NCBI GenBank assembly: GCA_051294375.1 | Contig: CM119271.1 | Location: forward strand, 3,131,061-3,195,060 | Origin: Paraspadella gotoi | Taxonomy: Eukaryota; Animalia; Chaetognatha | Reading direction: 5' to 3' | Length of the DNA: 64,000 nt | Shown: positions 54,501 through 64,000 of the stretch, piece after piece | Position numbering within the stretch: position 1 is the stretch's first letter | How the letters are laid out: each line of letters begins with the position of its first letter | Made by a program: the position numbers and the translations under genes | The notes under the pieces: model-generated | The model's database searches: none | What the model saw: the letters and a program-made list of their open reading frames with translations, nothing else | Told to the model about the DNA's origin: nothing

Positions 54501-56649
54501 CATCACGCCTTCTTACGCGCGGTCGACGGAGAGTCGCATGGCCAAGCAAAAACCAACGGCATCGTTGGCCAAAAGTTGTTCCACTACGGGCCTCCATAGG
54601 GTTGGCGTCGATTCCACCGCGGGACCCACCACAGTTATGGACCCAGAAGCGCCCAACGTTATCGCCAACACCCTTCATTCGTCTCCGCGTGCCATGTCGA
54701 TTCAGTGCCTTGACCGCAGCCATGAAGATCCGCTTCAGCAACCTCAGGTCGCCGTCCCGACCGTGAGGGAAAAGCGCAAATCTCGCGGGTCTCGGCGAGA
54801 CTCTCACTCCTCCACCGACGTGCGAAAGGCGTCGTCCGAGTGCAATCTCTCGTCTTCGACGCTAGAGGGCGAATCCCCCGATGATTTGGATTCCGAAGAA
54901 AGGCGAAAACGGTCGCGCAACGCGACACATCCTCCATCGACTGCCGACGATCGCCAGACGGCCGAAGATGCTCGTCCTCTCTCTCCGGCTTTGTCAACAT
55001 CTTCGTCCTCGTCTTCGCAGTCTCATCGACCGAAAAATAGGAACGTGGCGGCGTTAACGTTAAAATCGACCATCGCGCCTACATCCGACATCGATGTAAT
55101 GAAAACGACCAACCACGTGGCTACTTCGGTCCACTCCGCTGTCTCCCCCGTGTCTTCCCCCCGTTCGACGATGGTGTCTCACGACTCGGCCCTCTCCGAC
55201 GAAGAGAAGCTCATGAAGAGGGAAGAGGCGTCCGCTCCCGATGCGGAAATGAGCCAACGTCGGCGTCAGATGCCAGCTGCACCATTGGACACCTCCGCTT
55301 CCTCAGCGCCGTTTTGCTTTGGCGGCGGCCCTTTTTGTCAACAACTGCATTCTCCCGACGTTCAGACGCGGCGATCGTGGGGGGCTCCTGTGTCGACGTC
55401 TTCTTTGGCCGTCGTTAGGGAAAATTCAATGACGTCGCCGCTCGCCATGGCGACCACGCTTCAACAACCACAGCAGATTCGGTCTCAACAACCAACCCTA
55501 CAGACGACTCAGTCGCAGCTGACTGTTCCACCGACTCGAGATTACAATGGGCAAGAAGCATACATGGGTTCTAAGACATATCAGAAGCCACCACTACCGC
55601 ACAATCAGCCGCGGCCTCAACTGCAGTCGCTGCCGCTCAATCAGCTTGAAGCACCGTTGGCGCAACCGCCAAGACCTCGTTACGGTTTCAGCGCTTACGC
55701 CGTTTCGAATTCCGCCCAAATCTCTTCGAACTTAATCCCCACGACTTCCGGCGCCACTTCCTTCGGCGACGATTCAATCATTTCTGGTTACGTGGAGCCG
55801 GCCGATCATCCAAGGTCAGTCAACCTAGCGCCTATTTCTTTGACACCGCATGCGACAACGACGGCGGCGGCGTCGCAACATGACGTGCTATCCTCGGCCG
55901 CCTCCGCCGTTACCCCAACTAATAAGCGCGCTGCCTCTGTCCACCGAATTACCCTCCCTAACGGGTTCGCTGTCCTCCCCCAGAAAACGCCAGAACCGGC
56001 GTCGATGGCGTCCTCTCCCATCGGCGCCGCCGTTATCAACGGCGAACCTTGTTCCTCCTCCCCGCACCTTAACAATCACTGCATTAACCACTTCGAACCG
56101 CACGCGGCCATTAACCCTTCCGTCCGCCGCGGCGCCGGATCGCGTGTCCGCGAGACCGCCGAGTTTTTCGGCCGGAAATCGCGGGCAGCTACCGTGGCCG
56201 ATTGCGCGCCCGGCCTCTCTAGAGGCGGCGCCGTTTTTAATTCCGGTACCAGAACAGACGCTCACTTTCCCTCTCCCTCCCCGACCACCCATTCTTTCCC
56301 TCTTTCTGGACAAAAACAACAACCACCCCGTATCCTCTCACCCACACTTCCGGATCCGCCTCCTCCGCTGCCGAAAACGCCTCCGCCTCCATTGCTGGTC
56401 ACCAGTCGGGCCGAAGAATCCGTCGCCATGTCGCCGTCGCAGGAAAAGGCAGACGAGAGACGACGGGAGGAGCTGCTTGCGGAATTGCGCGGCTTTGCTC
56501 CGCGGATCAACGAGATCTCCGCCGCTTTGACCGCCGGACCCGAATCAGCCGCCCCGTTTGACGAGGAATTGCGGCTCCTTTTGATGAGCTTGATGATCTC
56601 GTTTCCTCAAGCGGCGGGGGCGGCGATTGCTGGGGCGTTGAAAAAGTAA
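47236..56649 (+). CDS. MAPKBP1: MAPKBP1/WDR62 family WD40 protein with a long low-complexity C-terminus, spliced
   Basis: [113 protein letters not shown]. Confidence 0.9.
49663..49818 (-). mobile_element. 156-bp TGT...ACA insertion with 4-bp TSD (short solo-LTR-like); no ribozyme seen
   Basis: TAGT duplicated at 49659-49662 and 49819-49822; termini TGT and ACA. Confidence 0.6.
50907..51177 (+). mobile_element. Element C in MAPKBP1 intron: TGT...TCA, 4-bp TSD, sense-strand twister-like core
   Basis: AGAA duplicated at 50903-50906 and 51178-51181; starts TGTAG like element B. Confidence 0.7.
51028..51107 (+). ncRNA. Degenerate type-P5 twister-like motif (family C)
   Basis: GCGGG aa GCGT GA GGA CGGCCC TAA ATC GC CTTGGGGG..CCCTCAAG CCTGG T TCC TA GT T CCAGG a CCCGT; T1 GGA/TCC pairs. 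Confidence 0.6.
51500..51576. repeat. (TTA)n microsatellite
   Basis: About 25 perfect ATT units in an intron. Confidence 0.95.
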
Positions 56650-57410
56650 AGGGCGAAGGGAGGGGGACGGGTCGTTGATTATCTAGACCGCTCGTCTTCG
56701 AGGAATGTTTATGGATAATAGGGGAATACTTTTCTTTTTTCAAGTTTCCGGGGATGATATTTTACTTTCTGCTTTTTATTTTGCGTATTCCGTTCTCGCG
56801 GTGCAAATGTTTAAGTGAGTTTGCTTTCGGGCGTTTTCTTTCTCTGTTTTTAAGCTCCGAATCATGTGCCGTTGCCGCAAAAGCTTGCTGATTTTTAAAG
56901 ATTTTTTACACGATTAGAGATTTGCAACGTTTATACTCGACTGCTGGTTATTTCTTGATATGAAGATTTAGTTAACATTAAGTTTTTGTAAATGGCCTTT
57001 ATCAACTAACTGTGATCTCTCTTTACGTTGCGTTGCTAATCCTGGCAAAAATAGTCGCGTTGTATACATATTTTTGGTCGGTCGGGTCTCGATTGACTTT
57101 TGTCGCGCCTCACGCCAAGGTTAGTTATACCTTAATTACTTCTATCCGAATTATTTTTCAATTATGAATTAATTTATGAAGCTTTAACCTTGCTGAACCT
57201 CATTTCCCGTTGAACCCTGCTTGGGCGTCCTATTGTTGGCCAATATTTATGTTTTCTGGGTGATATTTCTACATTCATCAGTATTTCCAATAAAACATTT
57301 CAATTTTTTTTACCTATTTTAGCTTTTTAGGCGATTAAAGGCAACCTTGTCGACGCGTATTTTAAAAATATTAAAAAACTTTTAGCAAACCGTAAATTTA
57401 AAGAGAAAAA

Positions 57411-58398
57411 ATGGCTTTTGGTGACGTGAATACTGCCGCGGGAGCGAAGGCGCTCGACGCCCACTTGGCCGACAAATCTTACATCGGCGGATATCTACCG
57501 ACGCAGGTAAAGTTTCGAAACCTTTTATTGTTAAATAACATTTTCGTTCATTGAAATTTTGATACTCAAGGCCGACGTCAATGTCTTCTCTTCTCTGCGA
57601 TCTGCGCCGGCCGACTCATACGTCAACGCTCTCCGGTGGTTCAAACACATCGCCTCCTTCGGCAGCGAGACTTCCGCTTTTCCGGCTGGTGACTCTGTCG
57701 CTATAAAGCCTGTCGCTTCCGGCGGTAAATCATATGTCCATCGATATTTTACCCTTTGTTTTTTCATGTCTTTTTTTAAAAAAATACCAAATTCTTCCTT
57801 CAGCATCGACGTCGAAGGCCGCTCCGAAAGCGACCGCCGACGACGACGACGACGACTTTGATATGTTCGCCTCGGACGACGAGGAGGACGCGGAGGCCGA
57901 GAAGGTGAAGGCCGAACGCCTCGCCGCCTACGCCGCCAAGAAGGCAAGGACATTTATTAAAGTCTCTTCTCGCCGAGACTAAAGAGTCGAATCATTCATT
58001 ATCCTCAAATCTCTAGGCCAAGAAACCGGCGCTGGTGGCAAAGTCCAACGTCATCCTGGACGTGAAGCCCTGGGACGACGAAGTCGATCTCAAAGTCGTG
58101 GAGGAGGAAGTCCGCAAGATCCAGACTGACGGGCTCTTGTGGGGAAAGGCGGAGAAGAAGCCCGTCGCATATGGAATCTTCAAACTCACCATCTCCTGCG
58201 TAGTCGAGGACGATAAGGTTGGGGGAACGGGGTGTCATCTCGGGCTGTTTTTTAAAACCAGTCGGTTAATTGTTTACGTTAAACCCTCCTTATTAAAAAA
58301 ATAAATTCTAGGTTAGCGTGGATTGGCTGGAGGAGAACATCACTGCCATCGAGGATTACGTGCAGTCTGTCGACATTGCCGCCTTCAACAAGATCTAA
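57411..58398 (+). CDS. EEF1B2: Elongation factor 1-beta, spliced
   Basis: [21 protein letters not shown]; NALRWFKHI; [14 protein letters not shown]; [15 protein letters not shown]; [12 protein letters not shown]. Confidence 0.97.
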
Positions 58399-58658
58399 AG
58401 AAAAGTCTTAAAAAGAAAAAAACTTTTGAAATTTTACTCTTGTTTTTAAAATCATGATTTTTAAAAGTAGTACACATTTAAAAAAAAATAACCTGTTGTT
58501 TTACGAGTTAAGTAATACGTAAGAAGCTTCCCTACATCTAAAAAAAAAAACTTATATGTCCCATCGTTTGTTGTTTTTTTTTGTTCGTTTGTCCTTTATA
58601 CGAAGGCGCAACAAAACGAAACAATGTTTTTTAAAACTACAAACTCTTTTGGCCGGAC

Positions 58659-60085
58659 ATGCTCTTAAATCTCGGCCGTGTCCCGCTCCACCTCCGCCAT
58701 CTTTTTCCCGAACGCCGCCGCTTTTGCCTCGGAGCGGCAATGGCCAAGAGCAAGTACGACTACGTGCGCCAGTTCGAGGCGGACGATCGCTGTTTGCGGA
58801 ATACGTGGATCGTCGTTAGGATAGACGGAAATAACTTTCACGCTTTTTCGCAGGTCTGATTTTGATACATATATTTGGGGCTTTTTTTTTTTTTTTTTAA
58901 AGTCAATTCTAGAAATTTATTTCACAAAAAGAGAGAAAAAAAAAAAAGATAATAAGCTAGAAAAAATGTTAGTTTCAAATTTATTTATTTATTTAGTTTC
59001 AAACTTATCTCTCCTCCCACAGCGGCACGACTACCAAAAGCCCAACGACTCTCGCGCCCTCGGTTTGATGAACGCCGCCGCCCGCGGAGTCCTCGACGAA
59101 TTCTCGGCCGTCTTCCTGGCCTACGGTCAGTCGGACGAGTACAGCTTCGTTTTCCGCAAAGACTGCGCCGCCTTTTCGCGTCGCGCGTCTAAACTCATGT
59201 CCAACGTCGTCTCCGTCTTCACCGCCCACTTCGTCTTTCGGTGGACAGAGTTCTTTCCGGACACTCGGCTCCAGTACCCGCCCTGCTTCGACTCCAGAGT
59301 CGTGCTCTATCCGACCGAAAAGAATTTGAGGGATTATCTGGCCTGGAGGCAGGTGAAAAAGATGTGGGGGGGGGGGAAATTTGTTAGTTTCGTCGTTTAT
59401 TGACGACGGGAACTCTTTGACCGTTTCGCCCGCATCTCTCATACCCCTACCCTCCACGTTCCTCTCTCTTCCGATCGTCAACAAAAAGGTGGACTGTCAC
59501 ATCAACAACCTCTACAACACGACGTTTTGGTCGCTGGTGTTGAAGGGTGGGATGTCGAACCGGGCGGCTATGGAGAGGCTCAAGGGCACCGTCTCCGGCG
59601 ACAAGAACGAAATCCTCTTTTCGCAGTTCAACATCAACTACAATCATCTGCCTCACGTGAGGAACCCTGTCGCCCATTTTGAATGAGATTATTATTTTTT
59701 CTCGGTCCTTTTTTTTTTCACGCGAAATTCTTTGAAGGTTTTTCGTAAGGGGACGATTCTTGTCAAGATAGGAATTTCTTCCAACGACGAACCCTCCGCC
59801 TCAGTCGTCACCGAAGCAAACGACGATCACGACGACGAAGGCCAATCCGCCGACGCCGCCAACTCCATCGCCGCGGCGGACGAACCTTTCCGCGCGGCGA
59901 CGAGGACTAAAAAAGGGAAGAAAGCGGAATCGGAATTCCGTGTGGAGGAACTCAATCGCGATCTCATCCAGGACGAATTCTGGACGACGATCTGTCGCTT
60001 GGAAGATTTTGGGGCCGAGGACGAACGGCCCGCGCTGGTCAAGAACGCTCCGTTAGATAAGATTAACGACTTTTCCAAGTGGTAG
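58659..60085 (+). CDS. THG1L: tRNA(His) guanylyltransferase; upstream ATG adds a mitochondrial-type presequence, second ATG at 58740
   Basis: [25 protein letters not shown]; KPND; [12 protein letters not shown]; FDSRVVLYP; [17 protein letters not shown]; FRKGT. Confidence 0.97.
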
Positions 60086-60345
60086 ATGATCTTTTCTTTT
60101 TTTTTTATATATCTGTTATTACTAGCCTAACTTTTGATGGTCCAATTTTCCTATCTTTTGGCTCTGTTTTCCCTTGTTACGCTTTTAAAAAATTGTTACT
60201 TTTCATCGTTTCTTTCTTTACCGCAAAGCCCGTTGCATAATAACGGTCGGTTTAATTAAGAACAAAAAAGAAAAAAAGAAAAAGAACTTAAAAAACTTTT
60301 AAATCGTCCCTGGCCCAACTGCGGGCCTCGAGTTCTTCCGCCACC

Positions 60346-61651
60346 ATGTTTAAAATCTTTCTCTTGGGAATTTTTCTCCTCCGACAATCGGACGCATTCT
60401 CCCAAAATTGTAAAAGCTCGTGGGGGGGTCTTTTCACCGACTTTGAGTTTCACTGCTTCGACAAACGCAATTGTTTGACGAGCGTCATTCAAGTCTGCGA
60501 CGAGTTTTTTCGATCCGAATGTCCCGACGGATCGGATCAAAATGCGGACCTGTGTCTCCGAGTAGTTGGGGTGAGTTGGATACGATTTATTTGTATGTGA
60601 AAATTAAAATGATTTTCTAGAATCCAATTTATCGGGCCAGAAGGTTTTAAGCTTTGCATGCGTTGGCTTGTTGCTAGCAATGTCTGTACGTTGTAATTCA
60701 TTCATTGATTTAGCATACAAAATATTCTTTATAGAAATCATATTTTCAGCATTTGAACAAAAAGTTTCGCTGCTGCAACGGTCGCGACATCGATCTTGAC
60801 GAGGTGTGCGACGGCAGATGCGACTGTAGCGGTTCGTGCGACGACGAGGACGTTTGCAACAACAAATTGCAATGCCGAACCAAAGCTTCCGGTGAGAGTA
60901 AACGAAGTTAGACGGCATTAGAATTCAAAAATGGCACAGAATTTCTGGTTTTTGTTGTTTAATAATTTTTGCTTTCGATTTTATCAAATGTCTTTCCTCA
61001 TAGATGAAACCGACATTGGTACCATCATCGGCATCACCTTGGGCGTTTTCTTCTTCGTAATTCTGCTTGTCGTCTGCTTGGTTTGCTGCTTGTGTTACAA
61101 ATGCATGGACGTCCTCCGCTCGCGACGCACCGCATTCACCACGTCCGCCGCCACCACCACTACGACCGTCCAAGTTAATAACCCGGCTTCTGCTTATCCG
61201 ACGCAGCCGCCGCCGACGTCGGGCCCTCCCGGCTTCGGACAACCGGCTTCGGGTTATCCTACAGCCGCTTATCCTTCGGCTGGATATCCATATTCGGCTG
61301 CTCCATATCCAGCCGCTCCATATCCGGCCGCTTATCCTTCGGCACCGGGAGGATACCCGGCCGCTTCCTCTGCCAATCCAGCTTATGCTCAGCCGGGGCC
61401 TTCTACCCTCAGGGTGAGAGATTCTTTGAAATTAATTATTACGCATTTATGATCGCTTTCTTTTTGGTTTTTTGTTTTAGCTTTGATTTCTTTTCTTTCC
61501 CGACTTAGCGTATTCGTCATATCCCGCGACGGCCCCGACGTACGATCCCAACGCCCCGCCGGTTGGTGACAAGGCATTTCCTCCTCCAACGGCTCCGGCG
61601 GCGTTCCCGACCTCGGCACCGGCAGCTCCGCCGCCGTATACCTTTAACTGA
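60346..61651 (+). CDS. Single-pass membrane protein with signal peptide, LDL-receptor class A repeats and a Pro/Tyr-rich (PPxY) tail
   Basis: FHCFDKRNC....VCD...ECPDGSDQ; CDGRCDCSGSCDDE; TM segment IIGITLGVFFFVILLVVCLVCCLC; YP repeats ending PPPYTFN*. Confidence 0.8.
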
Positions 61652-62379
61652 ACGAAGGCGGAAGCCGAATAAATCTATTATATTTAATTGATCTGATACT
61701 GTGTTCAATGTAATTTTTTTAAAAAAAAGTTGTATCCAAAATTTTCTAGTCTTCATTTTTGGTATGGTAGCATCCAAATTATGTTCGTTGGTACGGTTGT
61801 ATATTTTCCATTTAGTTGTCTTCAAGAATATTTCCTTGCTGCACAAATGTTTATTTTGTGTGTATCTTTGAACGAAAATTACGCTGTGAAAAATATTAAG
61901 ATCTCATGCGCTGAAAGCCCATTGTGATTTTATATTTTCTTTTAAATAATGAATTTCTTTGACTCCATGTGCATAGCACAAAACAAAATATCTCAAGAAT
62001 ATAAAGAAAAAAAGATAATAGATAATTAGCCCTTCTGGGTGCAAAATCGATTAGTGATAATACTTAGTTATTAGTTTACAATGTTTCTTTACTCAGGCAT
62101 AGAATCCTTGAAATTTGCGAAAAGACTCGCCTTTACAACTAAATTCGTCGGTATTTATACCTCTTCTTCGTTTTTTGATGCCAACCGCATTGAAGGTCGA
62201 TCCCGCTCCTCACTAAAAATAAAAAATGGTTTATTTTAAATTAAGTTCAAGCGGTACCCCCCCTGTCTCCTCAGATCAAGCTTTTGGTCCAGCTTGGTTT
62301 GACCTTCTGTCATGATTGCTTCCAGTTAGTTTTTTTTTTTATTCTGAAAACGTGAACTGCGGTTGCGGCTCTTTCCGTC

Positions 62380-64000
62380 ATGCCTCCCGCGTTCGACAAA
62401 GAGTTGGAGGCTTCGTTCCTCCTTCTCCATCAAATATCCACCGCGGCCGACTTCCTCAACTTCAAACTCTTCCTCGGCCTGGAGAGCCCCTCCGGCCGCC
62501 GTTTCTGGTCTTCCAACGGCCGGCGACTCAAATTCGATTTCATGACCAACGACTTGAACTTTGGCGACGACGACCTCTGGCTGAATCCGGGTAAGATCCG
62601 AGGAAGGAATCACCGCGACAAGGACGAGCTCTTTGACCTTCGGAGCCTCGTAGGATTGGACAGTGTCGACGATAACGAAGAAACCGATTGCGACGAAAAA
62701 ACATCCGACGTGGGAGGGGATGTTAAAATTAACGTGCACGATGTAGCGGAGACGGGTCCTGTTTTGAAGACGCCGACTCCTGTTGAGGATTCGCAGGAAG
62801 ACGCAGAGGTGACGAATGTTGACTTCACTTTGAATCCCGAAACGGTTCCGACGAAAGAGAGCGAAACCGTAACGCTCGACGGAAACGTAATAAATCCCTC
62901 TGAGTTCGTGAATCAGGAGCTCGTCGTTATTAACCCCTTCGATGATTTCGACCCCGCGAGTCCCGAAGAAAACGTTGGAGAAGATAACCAAGAAATCTGC
63001 AGTCCGCCTCGAGAAGAGGCTCTCGGGGTCGCCGGTTTCGTCGTCGAGGAGACTCCCGACACCTCGACGAATCCGGCCGGAGAGGCTCGTCCCTGCGAAA
63101 AGTGCGGACTCGACTTCGCCTCCAAACTGAGTCGCTCCGTTCACGCCGTCTATTGCGGTGAAGTCGACGCGGAGAAAGAAAACTTGGACGCTATTTTGAA
63201 AACTCACGACGAGAATGAAAAGAATTCTCGACCGAAGCTTCGATGCGAAAAATGTGGCGAAGATTCCTCCTCCAAATTGGCCGGGATCCTTCATTCCATC
63301 TACTGCGGGCGGAACGAGACTGAGAGGGGAAGGTTAAAGGACATTTTCGAGAAAGGGACACGGGTCGTTGAGCCAGAACCGAGACGAGTGTTTCGCTGCG
63401 AAAAATGCGATAAAATTCTTAAGAGCAAACGTGGCTACGCCGGACACACTCGTAAATGCGGCATCGAGGCGACGGGGGAGTCTGAAGCGGGGCGGGATGA
63501 ATCTCCGAAAGAGGGGCAAATAAATGTGGAGGGTAAGTCGAAATCCGCTTCTTTCCGCTGCCAAGTTTGTCGAGAGGTCTTCGATTCGAGGGAGAAACGA
63601 ATAAAGCACTACCGAGTCATCCACTGTACCTGCCAGCTTTGCGGCAAGACGTTTCATTGCAGCACCGCGTTGAAAAAACACTTGAGCTTCGTTCACGAAC
63701 GTCGTCAAAAATTTCGATGTCCTACATGCTCGAAGACCTTTACTCAAAAAGGCACCGTGAATATCCATCACAAGCTAATGCATGGATCGAAGAACGAGGC
63801 TTTCATAGAGTCTGTGGAGGTGGAGCTGGAGGATCCAGCCAAGGGTTGCGACGTCGAAGAAAAACTTGGAGAAAACGGCGATTACGACGCCGCCTTTTAT
63901 AAAAACTTTCCAAGATGCCGGCCGACGAGCCAACTAAAAAACGTTCGCTTGGACTGCGGTATTTGTGGCTCGATTTTCACGACCAGGGAAAAGAGGCTTA
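62380..64000 (+). CDS. C2H2/C2HC zinc-finger protein (3' end outside the window)
   Basis: Open frame with acidic N-terminal region, then FRCQVCREVF..H...H, CQLCGKTF..LKKH..VH, FRCPTCSKTF..H...H. Confidence 0.85.
   Translation, partial: MPPAFDKELEASFLLLHQISTAADFLNFKLFLGLESPSGRRFWSSNGRRLKFDFMTNDLNFGDDDLWLNPGKIRGRNHRDKDELFDLRSLVGLDSVDDNEETDCDEKTSDVGGDVKINVHDVAETGPVLKTPTPVEDSQEDAEVTNVDFTLNPETVPTKESETVTLDGNVINPSEFVNQELVVINPFDDFDPASPEENVGEDNQEICSPPREEALGVAGFVVEETPDTSTNPAGEARPCEKCGLDFASKLSRSVHAVYCGEVDAEKENLDAILKTHDENEKNSRPKLRCEKCGEDSSSKLAGILHSIYCGRNETERGRLKDIFEKGTRVVEPEPRRVFRCEKCDKILKSKRGYAGHTRKCGIEATGESEAGRDESPKEGQINVEGKSKSASFRCQVCREVFDSREKRIKHYRVIHCTCQLCGKTFHCSTALKKHLSFVHERRQKFRCPTCSKTFTQKGTVNIHHKLMHGSKNEAFIESVEVELEDPAKGCDVEEKLGENGDYDAAFYKNFPRCRPTSQLKNVRLDCGICGSIFTTREKRL

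Noticed and set aside
58659-58740. Dual start codons of THG1L as a novelty
   Set aside because: Mitochondrial/cytosolic dual targeting of THG1L is already established.
62326-63294. 322-aa minus-strand ORF
   Set aside because: Shadow of the + strand zinc-finger ORF, which runs off the window and is therefore absent from the ORF track.

Overview
Gene-dense window from a compact animal genome: GC-rich exons, short AT-rich GT-AG introns, and CADPS, MACIT collagen and FAM120 genes. I read 24 protein-coding genes, and all are on the + strand, mostly 110-550 bp apart, which resembles a polycistronic/operon arrangement. In order: DPM1, WBP2, SNRPD3, MITD1, MTG1, UBE2H, an aldo-keto reductase, RPL19, SARS1, ACP7, a MACIT collagen, TRNT1, TRMT10C-like (with an intronless CADPS nested on the same strand in its intron), a SUI1-domain protein with a mitochondrial-type presequence, TMEM184C, a RING-H2 protein, SUPT3H, FAM120, MAPKBP1/WDR62, EEF1B2, THG1L, an LDLa membrane protein and a C2H2 zinc-finger gene. 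The strongest novel signal is a set of small intronic insertions (~210-340 bp). They have TGT...(A/T)CA-type ends and mostly 4-bp target-site duplications, and most have a tRNA-like Pol III head. Each contains a type-P5 twister-ribozyme fold or a remnant of one, supported by compensatory pseudoknot changes across three sequence families. Five of the six copies are antisense to transcription. A Penelope-type minimal hammerhead also sits in the TRNT1 intron. Gene names come from recognising motifs by eye, exon limits are approximate, and no searches or folding programs were run.
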